Below are positions 17,346 through 31,062 of a DNA stretch of 64,000 nt, piece after piece. The stretch's first letter is position 1. Every line of letters starts with the position of its first letter. The DNA is from Sulfurovaceae bacterium (GTDB lineage: Bacteria > Campylobacterota > Campylobacteria > Campylobacterales > Sulfurovaceae), in NCBI GenBank assembly GCA_965215705.1, contig CBDCEE010000008.1, forward strand, positions 226,001 to 290,000. The letters run 5' to 3'. The notes beneath the pieces are model-generated. The model saw nothing but the letters and a program-made list of their open reading frames with translations, ran no database searches and had not been told where the DNA came from. The translations under genes and the position numbers were made by a program.

Positions 17346-19544
17346 ATGAAAAATCTGATCATTGTCGAATCACCGGCTAAAGCACGTACGATTACCAATT
17401 TTTTGGGCAAAGAGTATAAAGTTATTGCCTCCAAAGGGCATATCAGAGATCTACCCAAGAGCTCTTTTGGTATCACCGTCGATGAAGAGAGTGGGGATTT
17501 TGTGCCTAAGTATTCTATCCCTAGAGAAGCCAACCCTACTGTCAAAGAGCTCAAAAAGCTGGCAAAAGCAGCCGAGACCATCTATATCGCGACGGATGAG
17601 GACCGTGAAGGGGAGGCGATCGGATATCATATCGCCAAAGCCATAGGTAAAGAGCCCACGGAGCTGCCTAGAATCGTCTTTCATGAGATCACTAAGAGTG
17701 CGATCAACCATGCACTGGAAAACCCACGCAAGGTCGATATGGACTCGGTAGATGCCCAACAGACCCGAAGACTACTTGACCGTATCGTAGGATACAAACT
17801 CTCTCCACTGCTTGCGAGCAAGATCCAGAGAGGACTCAGTGCAGGTAGAGTCCAGAGCTCTACTCTCAAGATCGTAGTAGACAGAGAGCGAGAGATCAAA
17901 GCCTTCAAGCCGGAAGAGTACTGGAGTATCGATGCCCTTTTTCAAAAAGAGATCGACTCCTCCATCTATAGTTTTGAAGACAAGAAGATAGAGAAGATGA
18001 CACTGGGGAACGAAGCTTCTGCCTCTCAGATCGTAGCGTCTGCCAAAGGAGAATCCTTCACCGTCACCTCTATCGACACCAGCAAACGCAAGACCAAGAC
18101 ACCTCCACCATTTATGACCTCTACCTTGCAGCAAAGTGCTTCCACACAACTGGGGTTCTCTCCCAAAAAGACCATGATGGTCGCACAGAAGCTCTATGAA
18201 GGGGTAAAGACAGATAATGGCACTATGGGTGTCATCACCTATATGAGAACAGACTCACTCAACCTCGCCAAAGAGGCAGTGACTTCTGCCAGAGAGTTTA
18301 TCTCAGCAGAGTTTGGAGCGAAATACCTCCCCAGCAAGCCAAAGAACTACGCCACCAAATCCAAAGGTGCCCAAGAGGCACACGAAGCGATCCGACCCAC
18401 CATCGTTACTTTTACCCCACAGATCGCACAAAACTATCTCGGAGCAGATGAACTAAAGCTCTATAGGCTCATCTACAACCGTTTCCTCGCCTGCCAAATG
18501 ACAGAGGCAGAGTTTGAGACACAGACGATCCTCTTTAGTGGAGAGAAGTCAGTGTTTAAAGCCAGTGGCAGGAAAATGCTTTTCGACGGCTTTTATAAAG
18601 TCACAGGATACACTGAAAAAGATAAGCTGCTACCTGAACTTCAAAAGGGGCAGGCTGTCAGCATGGATGATATCAAAGCAGAGCAACACTTCACAGAGCC
18701 ACCACCACGCTACAATGAAGCCAGTCTTATCAAGAAGCTGGAGTCACTGGGTATTGGCCGTCCAAGTACCTATGCCCCCACCGTCACTACACTACAGACG
18801 CGTAAATACATAGAGCTAGAGAAGAAACGCATCCATCCTACAGAGGTTGCCTTTACGGTCATTGAGATGTTAGAGGAGCACTTCCCTGACATTGTAGACA
18901 GTGGATTTACTGCCACGATGGAGGAGACACTCGACCTGGTAGCTGAGGGCAAGAAGCATTGGCAAGAGATCCTCAAAGAGTTTTATGCCCCTTTTATGAA
19001 GCGCATAGAGGATGGCAAGAAAAATATCAAAAGCCTCAAGCAAGCGATCCCCACAGGCGAGGATTGTCCCAAATGTGGCTCTGAGCTTCTACTCAGAAAA
19101 GGTCGTTACGGTGAGTTTATCGCCTGCTCCAACTTTCCCAAGTGCAAATACACCAAAAACCCGGATGGCACAGAAAAAGAGGAGCCTGAAGCTACGGATG
19201 AAGTATGTGATAAGTGTGGATCCCCTATGGTCATCAAGGACTCTAGACGAGGGAAATTCCTTGCTTGCTCCGCCTATCCCAAGTGTAAAAATGCCAAATC
19301 TCTCACCCCTCCTAGAGAACTGGATGTCCCTTGCCCACTCTGTGGAGGGAAGATACAGGAGAGAGAAGGTAAAAGAGGGAAATTCTTTGGCTGTGCAAAC
19401 TATCCCAAATGTAAATTTATCTCCAACTTTGAACCTGTAGAGAAAAAGTGCCCGGAATGTGACTATATCATGGGCAAAAAAACCCTTCGCGGGAAAGAGG
19501 TCTATGAGTGTCTCAAATGCAAACACAAGATAGATGCTCCATAG
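17346..19544 (+). CDS. topA: DNA topoisomerase I
   Basis: 732 aa. It has a TOPRIM N-terminus (LIIVESPAKA), an active-site Tyr region (YMRTDS) and four C-terminal CxxC...CxxC zinc ribbons. Confidence 0.95.
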   Translation: MKNLIIVESPAKARTITNFLGKEYKVIASKGHIRDLPKSSFGITVDEESGDFVPKYSIPREANPTVKELKKLAKAAETIYIATDEDREGEAIGYHIAKAIGKEPTELPRIVFHEITKSAINHALENPRKVDMDSVDAQQTRRLLDRIVGYKLSPLLASKIQRGLSAGRVQSSTLKIVVDREREIKAFKPEEYWSIDALFQKEIDSSIYSFEDKKIEKMTLGNEASASQIVASAKGESFTVTSIDTSKRKTKTPPPFMTSTLQQSASTQLGFSPKKTMMVAQKLYEGVKTDNGTMGVITYMRTDSLNLAKEAVTSAREFISAEFGAKYLPSKPKNYATKSKGAQEAHEAIRPTIVTFTPQIAQNYLGADELKLYRLIYNRFLACQMTEAEFETQTILFSGEKSVFKASGRKMLFDGFYKVTGYTEKDKLLPELQKGQAVSMDDIKAEQHFTEPPPRYNEASLIKKLESLGIGRPSTYAPTVTTLQTRKYIELEKKRIHPTEVAFTVIEMLEEHFPDIVDSGFTATMEETLDLVAEGKKHWQEILKEFYAPFMKRIEDGKKNIKSLKQAIPTGEDCPKCGSELLLRKGRYGEFIACSNFPKCKYTKNPDGTEKEEPEATDEVCDKCGSPMVIKDSRRGKFLACSAYPKCKNAKSLTPPRELDVPCPLCGGKIQEREGKRGKFFGCANYPKCKFISNFEPVEKKCPECDYIMGKKTLRGKEVYECLKCKHKIDAP

Positions 19545-19559
19545 CGGCAGACCTATATT

Positions 19560-20732
19560 ATGCCTGCTGAGATCACCCTCCTGCTCACCATCTCCCTGAT
19601 CATCTGGGGGGCACCGTTCCTAGCCAAACTCATACGTATGCCTACCACACCGGTAGAGATTATTCTGGGTTCCATCATGGCATTTACCGGACTAATCCGG
19701 CATCATGAGTATTTTGATATTGTTGCAGAGGTGGGGTTTCTCTATCTGATGTTCCTTGCCGGTATGGAAGTAGATCTTAAACAGATCACCAAGAGCCCCA
19801 AAGTATTGATACGCAAAGCGATCTTTTTTATCCTCTCTCTTGGCATACTTGCTTTTGGAAGTGGGCTGCTCTTTGATCTCAATACTATCGTAGTCATTTC
19901 GCTCCCTCTCATCTCTATAGGGCTACTTGCCTCCCTCTCCAAAAATTACGGCAAAGAGGAAGAGTGGATCAAGCTCGCCTTTATCGTGGGCGTATTGGGA
20001 GAGGTTGCCAGTATCGCTACTTTGACAGTGATTGATGCAGTGAGCAGTGTAGGCTTTGGGCTGGAGCTTTTTGAAAAGCTGGGGTATCTGTTCCTGTTCA
20101 TTATAGCGATCTATCTACTCTATCGCATGCTACATCTTCTTTTTTGGGGGTATCCCGAACTCAAGTCTACCCTCATGCCAAAGTTTGATACCTCTGATCA
20201 GGACGTAAGGCTGGCGATCGCCCTCTTCTTCATCCTGATCTCTCTCATGCTGGCACTGGATCTTGAGTTGGCATTGGGTACCTTTATCGCTGGGGTAGCG
20301 ATCTCTGCATTTTTCCACCATGAGAAGCATCTGGAAGAGAAGATGAGCAGCCTTGGATTTGGCTTTCTTGTCCCCCTTTTCTTTATCCATGTAGGCTCCT
20401 CTTTTGACCTCAACGCCCTGATCTACCCTCGTGTAGTCACGGGTGCCCTACTCATCACGCTCTTGATGATAGGGATGCGTCTACTGGCAGGGTTTTATCT
20501 CAAGCATCTTTATGGACCACGTAATGCTCTGTTGGCTGCCCTCGCACTCTCTATGCCATTGACCCTATTGATCGCTGTAGCTACGATAGGCTATACAGCA
20601 AGCATTATTGATATCATCATCTACTATCAATTGATCTTGGCAAGTCTTTTTGAAGTGATCATCTCCATGTTAGCGATCAAACTGATAAGAAAAAGGAAGG
20701 ATACTCAGATAGAAGAGAATGCTACTCCGTAA
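19560..20732 (+). CDS. Cation:proton antiporter (CPA family)
   Basis: 390 aa with about 11-12 TM segments and Na+/H+ exchanger-like composition. Confidence 0.6.
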   Translation: MPAEITLLLTISLIIWGAPFLAKLIRMPTTPVEIILGSIMAFTGLIRHHEYFDIVAEVGFLYLMFLAGMEVDLKQITKSPKVLIRKAIFFILSLGILAFGSGLLFDLNTIVVISLPLISIGLLASLSKNYGKEEEWIKLAFIVGVLGEVASIATLTVIDAVSSVGFGLELFEKLGYLFLFIIAIYLLYRMLHLLFWGYPELKSTLMPKFDTSDQDVRLAIALFFILISLMLALDLELALGTFIAGVAISAFFHHEKHLEEKMSSLGFGFLVPLFFIHVGSSFDLNALIYPRVVTGALLITLLMIGMRLLAGFYLKHLYGPRNALLAALALSMPLTLLIAVATIGYTASIIDIIIYYQLILASLFEVIISMLAIKLIRKRKDTQIEENATP

Positions 20733-20970
20733 GCTGAAGTAGTTCAAAATACTCTTTCTGGAGCTTTTGGTTGGAGGTTTTGATCTCTTTTCTCTCTAGG
20801 GTAAGGCTCTCTTTTTCATGCTGTAGGCGATTGAGTACTATCAGAGAATTATCGCCAAAAAGCAGTACCCCTATATAGAGTCCCAAAGCCACGATCCCTA
20901 GCAGGATCAAGAGTATACTCTTGAGAGAAAATCCGAGCCATTCATACTGGTTAAAGACGGTAGAGGACAA
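20722..20970 (-). CDS. Septum-formation initiator (FtsB/DivIC-like) small bitopic protein
   Basis: 82 aa with one TM segment followed by a coiled coil (LQHEKESLTLERKEIKTSNQKLQKEY). It uses a TTG start 6 nt after GGAGAG, directly downstream of eno. Confidence 0.55.
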   Translation of the reverse strand: MSSTVFNQYEWLGFSLKSILLILLGIVALGLYIGVLLFGDNSLIVLNRLQHEKESLTLERKEIKTSNQKLQKEYFELLQLTE

Positions 20971-20981
20971 CTGCCACTCTC

Positions 20982-22286
<1,305 letters not shown>

Positions 22287-22365
22287 TTATCGTTTTTTTC
22301 TGTAGATTGTGATAAGTCTTGTACAAGGAGAGAGAATAGGGGCAGAAATAGTATATGGTATTCCG

Positions 22366-22388
22366 TAGGCAGGTGCTATACCTGCCTA
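22366..22388 (-). terminator. Hairpin downstream of the OMP gene
   Basis: TAGGCAGGT-gctat-ACCTGCCTA forms a 9-bp stem 7 nt after the stop. The U-tract is weak. Confidence 0.35.
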
Positions 22389-22394
22389 GAGGTT

Positions 22395-23024
22395 CTAGAA
22401 GTCGTAAGTGACACCAGCAGTGACAATATTGGATTTGATATCCAGACTGCCTTCATTATGAAGTAGATTCTGATAATCTACCCAAAGACCCCAGCCTTTT
22501 TCCTGATCACCCTGACCATCAAATGTTCTGTTGGAGGCTACAGTATCCGTGTCTTTAGACAGATCATACTCCATACCTACACCAAAGCTAAGGCCACTCT
22601 CATCATAGATGACTCCCCTACGATCACACTCTACTTTTGTTTTACCATACCCGATAAGACCATATACATTCAGTGCATCAGTTACGTGATACTGCGGCTT
22701 GAGGTAAATTCCATAATGGGTGGTCTCAGAAAAGTTTTTACTCAAGCTTGATTTAAATATACGACCCTCGATACCGATATAGGGATTAAAGTCATATCCG
22801 ACTCTCAAAATTCCTCCATAGGTATTGTCTTTAAGTCTTTTATCATCTGCACAAGGGCAATCGAGACTCGTACCAGCCCAAAGTAGACCCAATCCTACAT
22901 AGAGAGGAATGGGATTCAATACCGGTACTACCGGAGAAGCTGCAGGTGCTACATTTTTACCTGCCATAACAGCTGTGCTTGTCAAAAGTCCGGCTATGAT
23001 CATTGCTTTTATTGTTTTCATCAT
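22395..23024 (-). CDS. Small outer-membrane beta-barrel protein (OmpA-like/OMP_b-brl)
   Basis: 209 aa with a signal peptide, alternating amphipathic strands and a C-terminal ...GVTYDF. It starts 7 nt after the adhesin stop. Confidence 0.7.
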   Translation of the reverse strand: MMKTIKAMIIAGLLTSTAVMAGKNVAPAASPVVPVLNPIPLYVGLGLLWAGTSLDCPCADDKRLKDNTYGGILRVGYDFNPYIGIEGRIFKSSLSKNFSETTHYGIYLKPQYHVTDALNVYGLIGYGKTKVECDRRGVIYDESGLSFGVGMEYDLSKDTDTVASNRTFDGQGDQEKGWGLWVDYQNLLHNEGSLDIKSNIVTAGVTYDF

Positions 23025-24592
23025 GTTCTCCTTATGCCTGCTGCTCTTCTCTACGGATAAACAAGAGTCCTGCAGAGAGTGTGAGGAACATCATCGCAAG
23101 TAGTGAAGCCATGGTGAGGGCATCACCACCATCAGATGCAACATCTGCACATCCACAATTGATACCAGCATCCAGTGTCAAGACATTGGCACCTGCTTGT
23201 GCATCGACAGGCACAGTAAGCACACCGTTGTTACCCACATCACTGTCTACACCATCTTCCCCTGCATTCACGCCGGTAAAGATATATCCATCATCAAGCT
23301 TATCCTGAGGAATATTGAATCGTACCAGGTATTTTACACCAGCAGGTACATCAAAGCCATATTTTCCATTCTCATCTGTATAGACGACCATCGGATTGCC
23401 ATCTTGATCCAGTACCGGATCACCATTTTCATCTAGCAATTCTACTTTGGCATTGGGGATACCTTGCTCATCTGCATCCTGGATACCATCTGCATTTGCA
23501 TCGATCCAGAAATAATCCCCGATATGTGCAGTAGGCGTAACCCCTGCATCAACAGTCATATTGGTATCACCCCAATCCATTTCAATCAGACCGGTGGTAT
23601 TGTTATGCCCGTGTACATTGGAATCTTTATCTTCTGTACAGACATCACATGCTTTTGTATAATAATAGGCATCATCAAATTGCACTTGATATTTTCCTGG
23701 CTCTGTGACGATAAACTCATACTTCCCGTCTGCATCAGTTGTGGTTGTTGCGACAACATTCCCCTGCTCATCCAGCAGTGTGACCTTCACACCTGCTACA
23801 CCTTTTTCGCCTGGATCTTGTGCCCCGTTGCCATTGTCATCCATCCATACAGTGTCGCCCAGGTGCATCTCACCCAGGAACGGCAGCGTGACCGTCGCAG
23901 GATCAGACTCTATGCCTGCTGCATCGGTTGTTGTATAGGTAAAGACCATTACTTGGTTGCCATCTGTCGGATCTACAGTGAGTTTACTTGGATCAAAGTT
24001 TGGTATAACTTGTCCAGCGGTCACTGGTACACCATCATAATACAAGACACCTGTTGCCGGATCCGGCAGTGTCTTGATGGTGATCGTAGTTGGTGTACCA
24101 TCTTCTGTATCTGTTACAGGAAGTGCAGGCACTGGGTACTGTGTATCACCAGATGGGTTGGACTGAGCAGGCTCTGTCTTATCTTCTGCTACTGGCTTAT
24201 GGTTGATACCAAAGTCTATCTGAGGTATCCCTGTAGTACCGAGTGAGACAGCGATGACACCATCAGCTGCTCCATCGTCTCCTGCGCCTGCAGAGTTGAT
24301 GTTCTCTCCGGTGTTATTCCAGTTGGCTGGAAGATCCGGTGCAGGAGCAGGGTCACCCGGAGTGCCCTCTGTGGTACTCAGTACGATCGTATAGTCTGTA
24401 TTGGCTGTCACACCATCTGCACCTAAGAACTGGTAGGTACCATCATCGGCCAATGGTTTAGTAGCGATCACGTTTCCATCTGCATCTACGAGGTTCACAT
24501 AGAGTTGCTGTCCATCTGGTTTATTGATAGGATCTCCGTTGACATTGCCATCACCGTTTCCATCATCGAACAGGGTTCCTGAGATACCCAGA

Positions 24593-26816
24593 CCGGTAAA
24601 CGGCATAGTTACTGTCGCAGGGTCTGACTCTACGCCTGCTGCATCCGTTGTCGTATAGGTAAAGACTACTGTTTGATCTCCATCTATTGGATCGACAGTG
24701 AGTTTACTTGGGTCAAAGTTAGGAATCGGTGTCCCCGCTACTACTGGCTGACCATCATAGTAAAGTGTCGCATTGTTCGGTAATGTTTTGATAGTAATTG
24801 TACTTGGCTTACCATCTTCATCATCTGAATAATCCAATGGAGGTACAGTCACTTGCGTGTTACCACCTGGGTTTAGTACTGTTGGCTTGGTCTCATCATA
24901 GCTATTGGCTTATGGTTGATACCGAAGTCATTGTTCGGGTTGGTAGTAGTGTTACCAGTCGTGAGAGTCATTTTACCGTCTCCCGCACCATTAACTTGTC
25001 CATCATTACCATTACCCGTATTATTTGGTTGTTCACCATCTGCATTGTTCCAGTTAGCTGGAAGATCTGTTGCTGGTGCAGGATCCCCTACTGTTCCTTG
25101 CGTTACACCTAAAACTATTGAATATTCAGTATTGGCGGTCACACCATCTGCACTTGTAAAGGCATAGGCACCCGTGTCATCTACTGGAATACTTGCCATC
25201 ACATTACCATTGCTATCTAGCAATGTAGCATAGAGTTGTGTACCGTCTGGTTTATTAATAGGTGTACCATTTATACTGGCATCACCACTACCATCATCAA
25301 ACACATGTCCTGAAAGTGTTACACCGGTAAACGGCATAGTTACTGTCAGGGTCTGACTCTACGCCTGCTGCATCCGTTGTCGTATAGGTAAAGACTACTG
25401 TTTGATCTCCATCTATTGGATCGACAGTGAGTTTACTTGGGTCAAAGTTAGGAATCGGTGTCCCCGCTACTACTGGCTGACCATCATAGTAAAGTGTCAT
25501 CGGTAATGTTTTGATAGTAATTGTACTTGGCTTACCATCTTCATCATCTGAATAATCCAATGGAGGTACAGTCACTTGCGTGTTACCACCTGGGTTTAGT
25601 ACTGTTGGCTTGGTCTCATCATTAGCTATTGGCTTATGGTTGATACCGAAGTCATTGTTCGGGTTGGTAGTAGTGTTACCAGTCGTGAGAGTCATTTTAC
25701 CGTCTCCCGCACCATTAACTTGTCCATCATTACCATTACCCGTATTATTTGGTTGTTCACCATCTGCATTGTTCCAGTTAGCTGGAAGATCTGTTGCTGG
25801 TGCAGGATCCCCTACTGTTCCTTGCGTTACACCTAAAACTATTGAATATTCAGTATTGGCGGTCACACCATCTGCACTTGTAAAGGCATAGGCACCCGTG
25901 TCATCTACTGGAATACTTGCCATCACATTACCATTGCTATCTAGCAATGTAGCATAGAGTTGTGTACCGTCTGGTTTATTAATAGGTGTACCATTTATAC
26001 TGGCATCACCACTACCATCATCAAACACATGTCCTGAAAGTGTTACACCGGTAAACGGCATAGTTACTGTCGCAGGGTCTGACTCTACGCCTGCTGCATC
26101 CGTTGTCGTATAGGTAAAGACTACTGTTTGATCTCCATCTATTGGATCGACAGTGAGTTTACTTGGGTCAAAGTTAGGAATCGGTGTCCCCGCTACTACT
26201 GGCTGACCATCATAGTAAAGTGTCGCATTGTTCGGTAATGTTTTGATAGTAATTGTACTTGGCTTACCATCTTCATCATCTGAATAATCCAATGGAGGTA
26301 CAGTCACTTGCGTGTTACCACCTGGGTTTAGTACTGTTGGCTTGGTCTCATCATTAGCTATTGGCTTATGGTTGATCGAAGTCATTGTTCGGGTTGGTAG
26401 TAGTGTTACCAGTCGTGAGAGTCATTTTACCGTCTCCCGCACCATTAACTTGTCCATCATTACCATTACCCGTATTATTTGGTTGTTCACCATCTGCATT
26501 GTTCCAGTTAGCTGGAAGATCTGTTGCTGGTGCAGGATCCCCTACTGTTCCTTGCGTTACACCTAAAACTATTGAATATTCAGTATTGGCGGTCACACCA
26601 TCTGCACTTGTAAAGGCATAGGCACCCGTGTCATCTACTGGAATACTTGCCATCACATTACCATTGCTATCTAGCAATGTAGCATAGAGTTGTGTACCGT
26701 CTGGTTTATTAATAGGTGTACCATTTATACTGGCATCACCACTACCATCATCAAACACATGTCCTGAAAGTGTTACACGGTAAACGGCATAGTTACTGTC
26801 GCAGGGTCTGACTCTA
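24593..26816 (-). repeat. Three near-identical 732-bp tandem units (plus 39 nt of a fourth) inside the adhesin gene
   Basis: The anchor string ccggtaaacggcatagttactgtc recurs at 24593, 25324, 26048 and 26778. Observed unit lengths of 731, 724 and 730 bp are explained by indels of 1, 2+6 and 2 bp relative to a 732-bp consensus. Confidence 0.9.
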
Positions 26817-29800
26817 CCATCCTCATCAAACACTGTATATTTAAAGCTGCAGTTAACTCACCATCATTAGGATCAAGCGTGTTGGATCGTAATTATCAAT
26901 CGTTTGCCCAGCAACAACTAGTACTCCATCATAATAAAGTGTTGCATTTGTAGGCAATTCAGTAATCTTAATTTTCGTAGGTACAACATCGCCGTCTTCT
27001 AAATCGCTCTTTTCGAGTGTTGGAACAGTTACTTGAGTTGAACCACCTGGATTCATCTCACTTGGTTTATTCTTATTTACTGCATCTGGTTTTTTATTAA
27101 TTCCAAAGTCATTATTTGGCACATCCACTGTACCTACAATAATCTCTGCAATTATACCATCGTTCGTACCATCATTGCCATTTGTACCTGTATTGCTTGG
27201 CTGTTGTCCAGTGTTATTCCAGTTGCCGGGGAGTGTAGTTGTTATTGCATTTTGTACTGTTGAAAGTACCACTTTATATTTACTGTTCGCGCGTACACCA
27301 TCATCACCGTCAAAACTATAGGTCCCGTCTGCTGCTATAGGTGTAGTGGCAAGAATACTACCATCTTCAGCTAATAATGTTGCATATAGCTGTTCACCAT
27401 CGGGTTTGTTGATCGGATTGCCGTTGACGTTACCGTCTCCATCACCATCATTGAAGATATGACCAGAGATCACGGGAGTATTGAGACCCAGATCGACATT
27501 AGGATTATCCTCGGCTACGCCCAAAGTGATCGTATCGGTCGTAGCGGTTGCTCCCGCGTCTTTGGTCGCATCGGAATCCTTCTCATCATCGCCGCCTGCA
27601 CCTTTGGGGCTGACGAGATAGCCTTCTGGCAAGTCAAATCGTACTTTATAACCACCATGATTGAGGTTATCAAAGAGATATTTACCATCACCATCGGTTG
27701 TGACAACATACGGCAGCCCTGTAGTTGGATCATTAACAGGATTCCCTGCATCATCAAGCAGGTGGACTTTGACACCCGGGATAGCTGCTTCTCCAGCATC
27801 CTGGATACCGTTTTTGTCTTTGTCATACCAGACAAAGTCTCCCAGTGTGCTGCCTACAACTGGCGCAGCCACAGAGCTTGAGAGTACCGGGTTGGTAATC
27901 TCATTGGCAGACGCTCCTGAGGTGTTCGAGTAGTTATCACCCTTGAGATTGTTACGTACTTTCACATCTGCCCACATCTGACAGATCGCCTGAGGCTCCA
28001 TCGTAGCACCTTTGGCACGTACTGCTGTAACCGCTTTCAAGCCATTCTCTCCAGCAGGGAAAGTATAGTTACTAGAAGCAATTGTACAGCCATTTGGGCC
28101 AGCTTCTGTACCCTCGCACCAGATAGAGTCAGCACTACCAATTATATTGGCTGCACTGACGGTTGGTGCCTGGTCGATCGTTCCTGGAACAGCATTGGTG
28201 TAGTAGAACTTCACATTGGCAGTATCACATACCGCCGGAGAATCATCTGCTGCTTTAAACTTAGCCCTGGAGAAGTACATCTCTCCATGATAATCCGTGT
28301 TGATCTTACGTTTTTGATTTTGATTGCCTGCAAACTTCAAAGCATTCGCATTTCCATCACCTATAAAAGGAATGATATCGATGATATCTACATTGTGTAC
28401 ATCCGCATCATACCCAGATCGCACGTCCATCGTAAACCAGATCTCTTTGAAATCCGTAGTACGCTCTCGCTGCTCAGGGTAATCAGGGTTGTCTACTGTC
28501 TTTTTGACGATGATGAGAGAGGAGGGGACATTGATATTTACTCCTATCTCAGCAGTTCTCTGTGTGATAGGAGAAGCATCCGTACTAGAGACGATTGAGG
28601 TAGTGTTGAAGTTAGTACCACTGTTAGCAGAAGCCCCTACTTGTATCGTATAGTTCAGATCAGGGATACCAGGAGCATTGATAGGTACAGCTGCACCCAG
28701 ATCCCAGATCAGTACCTGATTTACGCCATCCACACAAGGACGCTTGTAGTTCGCTTCAGCAGCGATCGCTTCGGCACAAGTACCGATCACCGGCTCGCCA
28801 AATTCGAGATTCAGTTTACCCGGTTCATGAATGGTTACTGCTGATCCTGCCTTGTATTTGAATGCTTTAGGAAGGATATCGATGATCTTGACATCACCTG
28901 TACCATCTAAACCGGTATCGTTAGTATAAGAGCTTTTGAGGGTATAGATGACCTCATCTCCCAGTCCTGCACCGGTACGGTTCTCAAGCTTTTTGATACG
29001 TGCTTTAGCACCTGAAAAGATGAGACGATCACCATGGGTTCCGGAGTGAGTGCCTGGGTAAACGCCTGGCTTATATGTATTCTCAGCCCAATCATTTTGA
29101 CCGCTTCTTTTATGTGTCGCAAAGTCTGTCAATAGATCGTTATTATTCAGTGGTGCATTTGTTACCAGATCTATATCACGTACTTTAGAATTCGTTACCA
29201 GATAAATATAAGCTCCAGAAGGGACTTCTACCCCTGGCTTCAGGGTATAACGTACTTTGGTTACACCCAGTGCAGTAGCCGAAGCAGCTGCGAAGTCAGT
29301 GGTCCAGCCCTGATCCGTCGTACACTCAGCATTCACCTCATTGGGGTGGGCAACAGTAGTATCTCCATTTTTGGACGGCAACCAGGTGTCATCAATATAG
29401 CTCGTTCCATACTCGATAATATAAGGAAAAGCATTAACATCATTTTTGTATTGATCGTCTCCCTGACCTATATAGAAACGGAAAGGCCATTCTGGTTTGC
29501 CATAGTATTGGTTTTGTATGACTGTATAGTTAGCGTTGTCTTGTACTGCCTGAAGCTTATAGCGATAAGCATCAAACACATCACAGTGGGTATCTTCGGT
29601 GAAGGGCGTTCCTCCCGTGTTGCTGGTAACCATCCAGGTAGAGAACTCACTCCCTTTGTTGACAATACCATCACCTGAGCGATATCCTGTTCCGATATAA
29701 CCAGCAATACTTGCGCCCCCTACATTTGGATGCTGTGTACCACGAAGATACTTATCCCAGCTACCTGCAGAGTAATAGAGTGTCAGATCATAGTGATTGT

Positions 29801-31055
29801 CTTTTTCACTCTCTGTTTCCCCAGCAAAGTTGCTATGGTTTGTCGGCGTTGTGGGATCAAACTCATTCATTTTGTTTACAGTGGGATACTCACCATCATC
29901 TGCAGTTCCTTCGACACCATCTACACCTTTTTTAACGCTTTCAAGCGGAATAAAGATATAGACATTTCCGATCGCAGCGATCGCACGGTTAACGGGCAGA
30001 TCTCTTCCGTAGTAATCTTTAGTAGGATAGTGATCGAGGGTCGCATCCACATGCTCTACTTTGATAGCAATATCTGTGCCTGCGCCAGCTTGTGTACAGG
30101 TGATCACTTGCTCATCTTTGGCTGCCAGTATATGACGGTCAGGGTAGTTGTCCCCATGGATACACCCTGCACCGATACAGGTAATCGGATCACGCCCGCC
30201 CTCATATCCATCCTGACTAGTAGAACGTCCATTCATCGTACAGCTCATCAATGTACTATCCGCAGGCATCTGATCCATGACGTCCTTGAATTCAAAAGTC
30301 GCGTCATCGCCCATAGATTCATTTCCTACAATCGGGTTGACTGAATCAACCTCACCACCACCTCGCGTCACCTCATCTGACTCGATATAGAACTTATAGT
30401 CTATAAACCACCCTTTGTCCAGGACGCCATCACCATCATAATCATATTCTCCTCCCGCTCTGTACGTATAGGCAGATTTCTCTAGGTTCCAGCGAGGAGC
30501 AGCCGTCACGGTCAGAGAGTTACCATCAGTGTTATCCTCACTGACATTGGCTCCGGTGGCATCTTCGAGTTTGAAGTTGATATCGCCTGGCTGCGTACCG
30601 CTAGGCGTACCACCCAGTACACGTACCGGGAATTTGAGGTCTTCTGCGTAGGTACCCGCGTCATTTTTATCAAAGTCCTTACGTACACAGATGATCGTCT
30701 GCTTATCAGCAGAGATGCTTGACTCAGTTGGATCACAGTCACCCGGAAGATCCGTATACTCATACCAGCCGTTGGCAGGAAGCGTACCGGTGATAGTAAC
30801 TTTCTCATCTCCGCCAGTAGGATCAATTGGGTCAGAATCATTGGGATGGCCATTCCATCGCCATCCAGCTACAGCTTCAAATACATCGTTGGTACGTACC
30901 AACAAGTCACCATCATAGGTATCATCCGTTTGGTTCTCAAGCACCCCACCATCATAGCCAGGATCCGTAGCAAAGTCACATCCCGGAGTCGGGTCATTAG
31001 GACAGATCTGCCGTCCGTTTACCAGGTCAGTGGTCTGGTTGATCGCTCCAACGAT

Positions 31056-31062
31056 CCCCCCC
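31056..31062 (-). repeat. Homopolymeric G7 (C7 on the plus strand) between the adhesin signal peptide and the mature region
   Basis: The plus strand reads acgatCCCCCCCtgttttt. G6 or G9 would fuse ...TKYGKTGG to IVGAINQTTDL... Confidence 0.9.

Noticed and set aside
24593-26816. The regularly spaced repeats could be a CRISPR array.
   Set aside because: The units are 732 bp, directly abutting, and protein-coding (adhesin modules). There is no spacer/repeat alternation and there are no cas genes.
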